Positions 1 to 54,120 of a stretch of 64,000 nucleotides of DNA are shown piece by piece. This DNA comes from Octopus sinensis. Its lineage: Eukaryota. Made by a program: the position numbers and the translations under genes. The stretch spans positions 68,076,001 through 68,140,000 of the forward strand of contig NC_043002.1 of the NCBI RefSeq assembly GCF_006345805.1. Reading direction: 5' to 3'. The notes under the pieces are model-generated. The model saw only the letters and a list, made by a program, of their open reading frames with translations. It did no database searches and was not told the origin of the DNA. Position 1 is the stretch's first letter; every line of letters starts with the position of its first letter.

Positions 1-1187
1 GTCGTGGCTCTCAAATTTTGGTGGGGCATATCTTTGGAACCCTTAAGAGTTGATTCCTAAAATTATGCACTTGTTCCTTATGCATATAGAGGTATTACCA
101 AAAAAAAAAAAAAAAAATTGAGCCAAATCTGAGTTGGTCAAGTGCAAAATGTTTCTAACCGGTAGAATCCATATGGAATGACCCTAACGTTTAAAGATTC
201 TGTCAACTCGATTTTTAACACAGATACAAACGTACAAATTTTAAGGGTGGGCATGGTCGCAAACATCGACATCGTTATTTGAAGTAGCCTTTACGTGGTG
301 CTGTCTCTCTTTCGAAAACAACAAAACGGCATTATTTCATCCACCCGCAAAATACGAAATCGAAGTCAACTTGTCGAAATTTAGGGTTGAAAAATAAAGG
401 GACATAACTACAATATTTTAATTGTTATTGTCCCTACGTAGAAATTGTCTGCAGGAATCCAGGAGAAAAGTTACAACAAATTAGTCAACTGATTCAGTAG
501 TGTATTGTTTTTTAACGATTTCATTGCTTTATTTAAGAAATGGAACAAAATGTGCCTCACCACCGCCACATATGTTTATTGCCATATGAATTGTGTTATT
601 GTATAAAAGTCATGTTAAATAAGTGACTTTGTTTTATTTCTTTAACAATGATTAATTATAAAACTATTAAATAACATGGTTTGGGAAAGTAAATGGATAA
701 CAGTTGAAATTAATTCAAAACAAAAGCAAAGAAACAAATAAAATGTTAGGTAACTGAATTATTTGTATAATAGCTTTACAGTAAAAATGAATTAAAAAAC
801 AAATAAATAAAATGTTAGATAATTAAATCATTTGTATAATGACTTATTTATAGTATTTAAATAATATATGACATTTTTCTCTGTGACATTTTATTCTGAC
901 AAAAGTGGTGATCTTTCTTTTGTGACTTTTTTCCTAGTATAGAATACACCTTAATAAATATTATAATTACAAAATGACATAATTTTTTTTAAATTACTAA
1001 AAGAAAATGAACTAATGAAATATTCCGGACCACTCAACAATTTTGGCAACACAATTTATCCAATCTTTTGAGAAATGGGAAGCAAAAAACAAACAAAAAA
1101 AAAACTAGCAAAATGCTATAGAAACGAACCAAAACGTATTTTGCATAACTTTATTAGTATTAACTATTATTATTACTTTTTTTTTTA

Positions 1188-1563
1188 CAGGCATGGCTGT
1201 GTTGTAAAAAGCTTGCTTCCCAACCACACGGTTCCTGGTTCAGTCCCACTGCGTGGCACCTTGGGCAAGTGTCTTCTATTATAGTCTCAGGCTAGCCCAA
1301 AGCCTTGTGAGTGGATTTGGTAGACGGAAACTGAAAGAAGTCCGTCGCGCGATTGCGTGCGTGCGTGTGTGTGTTAATCAGCTCACCATCGCTTGACAAC
1401 CGATGTTGATGTAATTACGTCCCCGTAACTTAGCGGTTCTGCAAAAGAGGCTGATAGAATAAGTACTAGGCTTACAAAGAATAAGTCCTGGGGTCGATTT
1501 GCTCGACTAAAGGCGGTGCTCCAGCATGGCTGCAGCCAAATGATTGAAACAAGTAAAAGAATG
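1188..1563 (+). mobile_element. tRNA-derived SINE family A (CORE-like box), full length
   Basis: Head ggcatggctgtg..ggttcagtccc, CORE-like ACCTTGGGCAAGT, internal (GT)n, tail tgaaacaagtaaaaga; multiple copies in the window. Confidence 0.85.
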
Positions 1564-1850
1564 AAAAAAAAAAATTCCAGAAATAGAATTAATTTTAATT
1601 TGTTTGTCTGGTAGCTTTAAAAAAAAGTTGTCTTGACAGCCAGAAAGTAGATAAAAGAAAATATTTCAGTTGAGACTACTAGATGATTTCTTGCTATTTC
1701 CATACAAAATTTGGAGAAATTACTAAAACATGATCTAGCTTTCAATTTAAATGAAATAGAAACAGAACAAAGCATATTTTGCTTAACTTTATTATTCTGC
1801 TTTATACGATTCTGCTGACCCCACCATCACTTTTCCCCCCATATATTAAT

Positions 1851-2068
1851 AATCCTTTCTACTATAGGCAAAAGGTCTGGATTTTGAGGGGAGGGGATTA
1901 AGTCGATTACATCGACCCTAGTACTCAACTGGTACTTGATTTATCGAACCCGAAAGGATGAAAGACAAAGTCGACCTCGGTGGAATTTGAACTCAGAACA
2001 TAGCGGCAGACGAAATATCGATAAGCATTTCGCTCGGCGTGCTAACGATTCTGCTAGCTTGCCGCCTT
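1851..2068 (-). mobile_element. SINE family B (~215 bp, (ATT)n tail)
   Basis: Reverse complement of AAGGCGGCGAGCTGGCAGAATCGTTAGC..TTCTGAGTTCAAATTCC..GCCTTTCATCCTTTCGGGGTCGATAAA..GTAGAAAGG; the most abundant repeat here (roughly 30 whole or partial copies). Confidence 0.85.
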
Positions 2069-2269
2069 CTCCCATATATTAATAATAATAATTGAGAAAT
2101 GATAATAATTATTATTATTTCACAAGAAAAATTAGAATAAATTTTATTTTGTTAGCTTACTGACTTCTTTTGAAAATTTTCTCTTGACAATCAGAAAATA
2201 GTTATAAATAAAACAAGTTCTGCACTTCAAAATGCACTTTAAGTCAGTCAAACATATTTCTCAAAATCT

Positions 2270-2527
2270 GGACATTCGACTGCTGACTTAAATGCAACAA
2301 CGGTGTATTTCCGGTTGACAAATCGCTTCTGCCATACACTTTGCCTTACATCCCGTGCAGAAAATAACAATAAATGAATGGAAACCGTTATTACCAAGTG
2401 TCTAAAAAGTACACGAAGTTCTTTGTCAACTTCAAATTGTGTTGATCAGCAATTTAGAATTGTGTACTGGAGTTTTTCTCACCTGTTTATTTAACACACC
2501 GGGTCTTTAGCCTCGCAGACTATCAGC
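2270..2527 (+). promoter_or_regulatory. Probable promoter / 5' UTR of the Njmu-R1 gene
   Basis: Repeat-free, relatively CpG-retaining stretch directly upstream of the ATG, with an ETS-like TTTCCGG at about 2308-2314. The TSS cannot be determined from sequence. Confidence 0.45.
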
Positions 2528-44752
<42,225 letters not shown>

Positions 44753-45064
44753 AAAAGGGAAAAGAATGAAAGAAAAAAAAACTGAAAACTCCAAATCACA
44801 TATTGTAAATTGATATTGATTCTTGTTTTTATTTATTTTTGATTTTAAAAAAAAATTTATTTATTTATTGATGATGGTTTATTTCTGTTGTGTTCCATAC
44901 TGGTGCCTTTGGAGTATCGTAATGGAGTGATCGAGGGAAGGTATTGTTAGGTCTTGTTAGCTCAAAGTGATGATTCCTTCTTTTTTAAGGTCATTGTTAA
45001 ATTAATATTTACTTCATGTTAACATTTCAGTCTTAAATTATTTTTATTATTATTATTATATTCA

Positions 45065-45292
45065 GTAAGCTGACGAGCTGGCAGAATCGTTAGCACTCCA
45101 AGCAAAATGCTTTAATGGCATTTCAGCCATCTGTATACATTCTGAGTTCAAATTCTGCCAAGGTTGACTTTGCCTTTCATCCTTTTGGGGTCGATAAAAT
45201 AAGTACCAGCTGTGTACTGGGGTCGATGTAATCGACTAGCCCCCTCCCCCAAAATTTCAGGCCTTGTGCCTATAATAGAAAGGATCATTATT
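45065..45292 (+). mobile_element. SINE family B copy in the probable 3' UTR
   Basis: Near-consensus copy about 310 bp after the stop codon. Confidence 0.85.
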
Positions 45293-45828
45293 ATTTTCGG
45301 TCTTAATGAAGCACTTGCTTGTTAACAGCCGACATTGGTGTGACAGTTTTTAATTGCCATAGGCACAACTATGATGGCTGTTCCTACAAGGAAGTAGTTT
45401 ATCATGTTTAAGGGAGCAGTTATTTAATGAAAGCTTTTCAGTCAAAGTTAAGCATTTGTATGCATGCATGTTACATCTAGAGAAAGAAGAGGGTTTATGT
45501 ATGTGTGTGTATATGTGAATATATCAATATGCGCTTGTTGGGGTAATATATATGTATGTATAATGACTGATGAAACACCAGTTCTTGACCAAATTCTTAT
45601 ATTAAGGGTGATAAAGCTTATTATGCAAGTTTTGTTTTTAGGTTCATCTGGGTTTATTTTTAATATTTTTATCACAAGATCAACCATATGTTCATCCCTT
45701 TTCCTGCAATGTAGCATACATCAGTATATATACACACACACACACACTCATTACTTTTGAACATTTGTCTTAGGAGATACATGCAATATGTTGTGATATT
45801 ACAAAATCATTTATATTCATATCAATAT

Positions 45829-45859
<31 letters not shown>

Positions 45860-45933
45860 TAATATTTATATTAATGGAATGTATATACCATGTAGTGTTG
45901 AAATGCATGTAACTAGAGAATTAAATGTAATAC

Positions 45934-45939
45934 AATAAA
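45934..45939 (+). promoter_or_regulatory. Candidate polyadenylation signal
   Basis: AATAAA followed by a U/GU-rich downstream element (ctcttttgtttgatgtgtgtg), about 1.2 kb after the stop codon. Confidence 0.45.
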
Positions 45940-48598
45940 TTCCACTCTTTTGTTTGATGTGTGTGTATGCATATGTGTTGTGTGTTTGGTGTGTGAATGA
46001 AAACCTTTAAATCTGAATTATGTTGCCAGTTTCAGAATTTAAGTGAAATTGTTTGGTCACTATTTTTAATCCAAGTCTGAGTTATTTTCTCCACCTTAAA
46101 ACTCGGAAGCATTAGCATTGCCATTTGATCTCTGAATTACTGAGCAGTTTTTAATTCACCATATTATTACACTCACTGTTGAAAACCTGATAGCTGCATA
46201 TAATGATAAAGTCTTATAGCTTCCCAATTGTAATGCAAAAATAATGTTTATTTTGTATTATGTTGTATACTTAGTTATATTACTTCAGTTAGAATATAAT
46301 TACTCTTTATAGGAAACAAGTAGTTACTCCCACTAGAAAACAAAGTAATATAATTGCTTCCTTTAAAAAACAAATTAGCTTTTAACTTCTTGTTGGCCGT
46401 TTTCAGTTTCCTGGTTAGAACTGGTGTTGATGGTTATTACAGTTTATTTTTGTTGTTAAATGATTGCCTGGTGCTTTGATCTTTAAATTCAAGTGTAAAT
46501 GGATCAGTTTTCGCAAAGATTCCTTGATGATATTTAAAAGTTGTCTTAAAACAAAACTATATAAATCTGAGCTTCCAAGAAATGTTGCTGAGTAAAGATG
46601 ACTGCTGAAGACAAAGACCAACTGTTAGATTTCATGTTTTCTTTTTGTTTTTTTTTTGTTTTTTTGGTTTTATATTAACATGAATTTTTTCATTCCCATG
46701 AAAATTTCCATTTTCATAGTTTAAATATTGTTTGACAAAATGTGTAACAGTCAGTGTGACTAATTCCATATTTTTGTCTTTTAAAAATTTTCTGGGCATT
46801 GCAAAACATCTAAATTTCATGCTGCTTATTTTATTGATGACAACTATTTTCAGTTAGTGTTGTCTCTATCTTCTTAGCAAAATATTTGTGATCTTTGGAT
46901 TATGGTTATTCAGTCCTTCCATAGATTAAATCTCTTTGTGAATGTATGTGGGAAGCCCTTTTACTCTTAATTTGAAGTCTTGAGAAAACAGTCAGTCGAC
47001 ATGAGAATTGACATGAGAAATTAGAACAATAAAGTTATGAATTCTTATCTCAGGGAACTGGGTCTAATTGTTTAGCCAAAAAGTAAAAATGGAAGTAGGC
47101 ATGCTTGCTAACAAATTAACTCCTTACGAAAATAGAGAAACCTTTTGGTAAAATAATGTCAGTGAATCTAATCATTTTAATAAATTCTATTTTAAAAATA
47201 TGATTATCTCTTAGCACTAAGATCCTCCTATTCAATGAACATCAGGCTACTAGAGTCTTCCAGTCATCTTTATCAAGTGTCAGATCCCAAACATCATCTT
47301 TTCTAATCCTGGGACCCTGCAGAGGGGTTTGATGGTGTTGACTTCTGATTCTGGTGGTTTTGTAGTGGTGAATTATTTTATGGGATGGGGTGCCAACCCA
47401 TCACCAGTACACCTCCTTTTACCACACGTTGGGACTGGCTTTGGTGGAGTATAACAAGAGTACTGAATTCTATTTAGCAAATTTGCTCTCCATAGTTATT
47501 TCAACCACTTTCAAATTTATTTTATAATTTGGGTAATGATTTATAAAATACAAATAAAATACTTCAAATTTGTGTGAAGATGCATGGCCTAGTGGTTGGG
47601 GTGTTGCACTTAGAATTCTGTGATCATAGTTTCAATTCCCAGAGTGGGTGATGTGTTGTGTTCTTGAGCAAAACACTTCATTTCACATTGCTCCAGTCCA
47701 CTCAGCTGTAAATGAGTTCCATCAATAGCTGGGAAGTCAACCCTGCAACGGATTGCTGTCCCATTCAGTTGGGAGTGTTGTTACCTCAGTCACTTATCCG
47801 CCAAGGAAACTGGATTAAGTTCCATCTTATCAGTCCTGGGGCTCACAACAGACCTAAGTCCTAAGCATTTTTCTATTGTTTTTCAGTGGATTGGATTGCC
47901 TTGCCCATGTTCAGCCCACTGCAGGACAAGGACCTCAGCATGTTCTCTCCACCAACCACAGTCTGATGTGGAGGTCATGAATTTGAGTTTCAGATCACAC
48001 TGGCCCGATGTAACTTGGCAGAGGGGTGCAGTTTTTATACTCATACCCAGGAGTAGTTAAGTCAATTACACTGTCCTCACTGCTCAATTGGTACTTATAA
48101 ATTTTTCAGTAGTGACATATAAAACGGCTGAAACTAGAAATAAAATGTTTGAAATAAATCTTTATCACATCTAATTTAATAGCATCAATTCATATGGAAT
48201 CCTTGAATTGGAATAAAAATTTTTATACTTTTACATGATAAATTTTTAAGTTGAATTCTAGTCCTTTTATTAATCAGAGCAATCAGACTATATGTTCACA
48301 AAGCAAGATCGCTTCAATGTTTTAGAAAGGGTTTCACCAAAATACTTGTTTCAAAGCATTCCATTTAACCTTGCTCTTAGAATTTAGCTCCACTGTAGGT
48401 TATAGATTGAATAGTCCATGCTTCTGCTTTTTAAATATAATAAAAAAAATTACCTTCATTAATTATTGAGATGTTATGACAAAGGTTATTGATTTACAAC
48501 TAATTACCAGTCAGGTTTTCTTATCAAACAAAACTTCTATCTCTAAGAATTTTTATTATTCTAGAACTTGAACTCTTAGAGCTAATACACTTCTAAAG

Positions 48599-48630
<32 letters not shown>

Positions 48631-48632
<2 letters not shown>

Positions 48633-48944
48633 GAGGCGCAATGGCCCAGTGGTTAGGGCAGTGGACTTGCGGTTGTAGGATCGCGGTTTTAATTCCCAGA
48701 CTGGGCGTTGCAAGTGTTTATTGAGTGAAAATACCTAAAGCCCCATGAGGCTCCGGCAGGGGGTGGTGGCGATCTCTGCTGTACTCTTTCGCCACAACTT
48801 TCTCTCACTCTTTCTTCTGTTGGCCTGCTCACTTACCCAGCGGGATGGCATCATTTGAAGGCTAAAACAATGCGAAGTGCATTGTGACCAGCGATGTGTA
48901 GCAACATCTGATAGTCTGGTCAGTCATGGTGATCACAGTGATAT

Positions 48945-48945
<1 letters not shown>
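48631..48945 (+). mobile_element. tRNA-derived SINE (head E1 + different tail)
   Basis: tggaggcgcaatggcccagtggttagggcag..ggttttaattccc; lies between microsatellites. Confidence 0.8.
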
Positions 48946-48985
<40 letters not shown>

Positions 48986-49492
48986 TTGTATTGACTGTTG
49001 GAAGAAAGAGTACTTGATGTCGTTCTAGAAAAGAATATTTTTATTTTGATCAAGTCTCCTGCTAATCTATATATCTACAAGCGAAACACAGAATGGCAAG
49101 TCTCTGATTCAACCAAAATAAAAGCAATTCATACATGTATTTACTGATTTTACTATCTATACAATACAAAATCAACTGACTCCTTCCCCACAAATTGCTG
49201 CCATTTTGCCTAAATTAGGAACTTTTATCTATTGAAGTTTAGCGGTTATGGGTTTGATGGGTTGGTAACACTGTTAGAAGACATTCATAATAATATTCTA
49301 ATATTTAGTCGTTTGTTTAATTGCTGGCAATGTTTGTGAAATTAATATTTTGAAACTATTTTGTAATATATTTATTTTTCATGTTAAAGGTGCTATTTGA
49401 AATAATAAACTAATTTTGTTGAATTTACTGCATATAACTAGAAATTCATGTTTCATTTTGTCTCCAGATATCTGAGATGATTATGATTATCA

Positions 49493-49530
<38 letters not shown>

Positions 49531-49532
<2 letters not shown>

Positions 49533-49945
49533 GGCGGCGAGTTGGCAGAATCGTTAGCACCTCGGGTGAAATGTTTAGCACTATTTCGCCCGTTGCTACG
49601 TTCTGAGTTCAAATTCTGCCAAGGTTGACTTTGCCTTTCATCCTTTCGGGCTTGATAAATTAAGTACCAGTGGGATACTGGTGTCAATCTAACCGACTGG
49701 CCCCTACTCCAAAATTTGGGGCCTTGTGCCTAGAGTAGAAAAGATTATTATTATTAAGGTGGCAAGCTGGCAGAATTGTTAGCACACCAGGTGAAATGCT
49801 GAGTTCAAATTCTGCCATGGTTGACTTTGCTTTTCACCCTTTCAGAGGTCGATAAATTACGCACCAGTTGTGTACTGGGGTCGATGTAATCGACTTAAGT
49901 CCTCTCCCCAAATTTCAGGCCTTGTACCAAAATTTGAAACCATTA
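49531..49945 (+). mobile_element. Two tandem SINE family B copies after an (ATT)n run
   Basis: aaggcggcgagttggcagaatcg.. at 49531 and aaggtggcaagctggcag.. at 49756. Confidence 0.85.
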
Positions 49946-50564
49946 TTATTGTTACTGTATGAAGTAATTCTTGACCACACAAATTTTGGTTTCAAGCTCT
50001 GTACTTAAAAGTTTACATTCACTTAAGATCATACTCATTGAAAACATGAATTGAATGAGTTTGTCTATGTAGCTGTGTATAATATGAATATTATGTATAT
50101 TTTACATACAGTTCACACTACAGTACATTCTCTTAATTAGCTATACACTAGATATCACAATGATTTTCGGCACCTTCTGAGATCACCACCTTGCTGTTGA
50201 GCAGCATTGATGGTGTCAAAGAATGCCTAAGTTCCTTTGGCTTACAGTGATCTAATTTGATTCCTGAGACAGTTGTCTGCAGTCTTAAGCTTAAAATACT
50301 AAGCAACCAGTGAAGTGCTGTACTTCATCATTTACAGTTCTATTAGATTTAAGCCAAAAATAGAAAAGTAGTCCAAAGAGGAGTTGTTATATTACATTCT
50401 GGAATATTGTGGAATGCCACATGTTTTCCCATGAATCTGTTGACTGCATTTACATTTTATGGCATTAGTCATTTTCTGTACTTTATCTTTACTTTCTTAA
50501 GCCTTGTTACCAACCCTAATTCTGTTTTTTGGTGAGTTGTAGTGCACTTGAGCACTATACACAA

Positions 50565-50607
<43 letters not shown>

Positions 50608-50971
50608 AAACCCTGTTTTAAAATGTTTATATTTTATGAAAAATTTTCATTGTAATTTTATATAAGAAATTTTAGTTATAGTTTGTTCCAAATATTAGCT
50701 TAATATTGCAAAAATATATGAAAAAAATAATAAATAGTCCCATTATTTTACTAAATCCCTCCATATTCTTACTTATTTTCAAATTTAACTGAAACACACA
50801 TTGTATTTCATTAGAAATGTAGCCAAGAATGGATTAAAGTAATGTTTATTGGAGGTAAAATACAGTATGTTACATAGTAATATGTACATGACTTTGAGCC
50901 AAAGTCATAAATTATATATATATATATATATATATTAGGTTTGGAGATGATGTACAGGTATTATATATTAG

Positions 50972-51212
50972 AAGAAATAAGGTACTCAGAAATCTGGATG
51001 GTTTTATATTTACAGATTTTTATTAATATGTCACATGGTTTTTATAAATCATATGTTACCACTTGTTTTTAACCTCTTAACATTATAAAAACACACATAG
51101 AGTGGATGCAAGTGGTAATATATGATTTATAAAAACATGTGACATGTTAATAAAAATCTGTAAATATAAAACCATCCAGATTTCTGAGTACCTTATTTCT
51201 TCTAATATATAT
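50972..51212. repeat. Inverted repeat, ~95-bp arms, inserted in (TA)n
   Basis: tatatattagaagaaataaggtactcagaaatctggatgg... is mirrored by ...ccatccagatttctgagtaccttatttcttctaatatata. Confidence 0.8.
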
Positions 51213-51925
51213 ATATATATATATAAACAGCTGGTAGTGATTTACACCAAACCCATGTTGACATACCTTTGCACTCAGTGCAAAATAAAAAAGAAAAGTC
51301 TGTCTCAACAATTGGACTAATTAGCTACCAAAAAGCACATAAATGTTTACATTTTCTACATTACATAATAAATCAATAACCTAGTGGATATCTTGTCTGG
51401 TAATGAGGGATTCAACAACAGCAATATGATATTTGAATAAAAGAAGCTGTGATAATGCATGCATGTGTGTACACATATGTATATATATGTATATATGTGT
51501 GTGTGTTTATAATGTTAAGAGGTTAAAAACAAAAGCAGAAATTACTTAGAGAACTTTTCCATTAGTAAAAGGAAGAACATTTTTATCAAATTGTGCTACT
51601 GGTTTCAATTGTTTAAGCCATTTTACTCTTGTAATAAAAGGAAATTAATGTTTCATGAAAGCAGTTCTGAAAGTTCCTGATAGCAGTTATTGGTTTCCTG
51701 ATGACTACTGGGTCACAATGGTAGAATTAGTTTTAACAGTTGCTGTTGTTAAAACTTTTACTACTACTACCACCACCCAGCTGCCATCAGAAGGAGATCA
51801 ACTATTAACATGTGAATTTTATAAGAAAAATATGAACTTTCAGAACTGCTATCATAAAATATTAATTTAATTTAATTCAACTGTTTTCACTTCTAAATTG
51901 GCTTAAACAGTTGATAATAGTAACA

Positions 51926-52374
51926 TCTCTATATCTATAAATGGCAAAATGTCTGTGTCCTTTATACAAATCCACAGTTTTTCACGTAAAAGGCTCACAT
52001 TTTCTATGGGCTTTCAAAAATGTCTGAGGGTGGTCGTGAAGATCTTTTCATTTCCCCAGTCACCCCAGAAAGCCATTAAAAAAATCGATAAACCTTATGG
52101 CCATAAGTTATTTTGCGGCCAAATTCGAGTTTTTCGCTTTCATCTGCCTCCTTTTTGTCCAACTAATGGCACGTGCAGTCCTGCTAATTTTCCATGATTA
52201 TGCCGTTCCAGGTGTGAAAACCGAAGTCCAATGAATATTAATTACTCTCATAAAAATCTCCAACTAGCTTATAAACAACAAAACTGGCCCGAGCTTAAAT
52301 GTGATAAGAAACTTAGCTCTTGATTTAGTGAAAAATTTTTACTGCGACCTTGCAACACCTGGTCATAGTGCTAG
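51926..52374 (+). mobile_element. Non-autonomous Helitron (449 bp)
   Basis: A|TCTCTATATCTATAAA...gacc..ggtc hairpin..CTAG|T; splits one arm of an older inverted repeat. Confidence 0.78.
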
Positions 52375-52696
52375 TATTTTGATAAAAATGTAAATATTTT
52401 CTTCCTATTATTCAAGTTCTCAAAAGTATTTTTTTTGTTTTTAACACACACACGCACATACACACAATGGTTGAAAACAAGTTTTGTAGGCATTATTACA
52501 ACTTCTTTTATTCAAATTCACAATGCGTTCTCCCCCCCCCCCAAATTACATGTTGTACAATAAAATCGTATCAACATTAGCACGTCAAATAAACTGCTGT
52601 AGATAGTGTATGAAATTTGCAGAATAGGTGCTGAACAAACAAAAACTGCTGTTGTTGTTGCTCTTACAACAGATTCTGCTGCTACTCTTTAAATGC

Positions 52697-52732
<36 letters not shown>

Positions 52733-53871
52733 TTTTAAAATATCTGATTGTTGTTTAGGCCCAGGTCAACCTTGATCAAACAAACTTATAATGAAAGGCA
52801 TTCTAGCTGTGACCACCCTGTCGTTTTAGGAATAGATGTAAGAATACATTATCTAATGTGTGCTTGTTTATTGGAGGGCTTGGTTGCTGGTCAAGCAATC
52901 ATATAAAGCTTTTCCCATTGGCTTATAGTAATATGTATCTGCTATTTGTTTCCTCCTAATGTGTGCCAGGACTTCGATTTCATCCTAGTTGAAGTCATTC
53001 AATTTCTCTTATATTGCTAATATCATTAGAGATAACATCTTTCTTCAACCCTTTTGATACCATCTCACCTAAAACCACCTCTGGTTCTGTAATATATACT
53101 TCCTGTTTTAAAGTGATCTTCCAACAAAACTTCATGTTTACTTATGTTCCAAACACCAGCTTAAAAATGATAATTATTTTACAAAATTCTCTCTAATTCT
53201 CAAAAGTAATTGAAACAAAGGCAGTCTATTTTCAACAGAAATTTGGTAACAAAAGGGTTAATATATATATACTGCTTCCTACCTGTATGAGAAAGCATGG
53301 TTTTTATTTTCTTCATTGTTATTATTGTAAATGTGGTGTGTGTTAGAGAAGTGCCACATGGTCTGACTAAATGCTCTGTAGTATTCAAATTTAATCTTCT
53401 ACCTTTTCTCTTCAAATCCCATCCAAGTCAACTTTTCTTTCATCCATATGGGGCAGGGTTGGGTGTCATTGATTAAGTACCAGTAACACTTTTAATACTT
53501 CACTTGCTTCAGTCATTGGACTGCAGCCATGCTGGGACATTGCTTTGATGGTTGTAGTTGAACAAATCAAGCTTAGTACATATGTTTTGTTTTTTTTAAG
53601 TCTGGTACTTATTCTATTGATATTGCCCAAGGTGTCATGCAGTAGAACTGAACCTAAAACCATGTGCTTGCCAAGCAAGCTTCTTAACCACACATCAATG
53701 AATGTTACACCGATACTGAAAAAAAAATAGTGTCTTTTTTCAAGTTACTCCTCTGTTCCATATGTCTGAGGATCTGATTTATGGTGCTTCCATGCATTTA
53801 GGTGCAGTAGTGAAGAAATGTTACCAATATAAGATATTTTGAGAGTTTTATTTATTTATTTTATATTTGAG

Positions 53872-54120
53872 TGGAGGCACATGGCTTAGTGGTTAGAGTG
53901 TTGAACTCATAATTGTAAGGTTGTGGTTTCAATTCCTAGACCAGGCGATGCGTTGTGTTCTTGAGCAAAACACTTCATTTCACATTACTCCAGTCCACTC
54001 AGCTGGCAAAAATGAGTAATCCTGCGACGGACCGGCGTCCCATCCAGGTGGGGAATTTCTACACCACTGAAACCGGGAAACCGGCCCTTATGAGCCTGGC
54101 ATGGCTCGAGAAGGAACATT
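53872..54120 (+). mobile_element. tRNA-derived SINE (head E2 + V-domain-like tail)
   Basis: A/B boxes; cctgcgacggaccggcgtcccatccagg resembles the V-SINE domain as recalled; flanked by the direct repeat tttattttatatttga (TSD-like); older copy at 47575-47850. Confidence 0.75.

Noticed and set aside
1-185. Possible DNA transposon terminus (..atggaatgaccc)
   Set aside because: The other end lies outside the window, so TIR and TSD cannot be verified.
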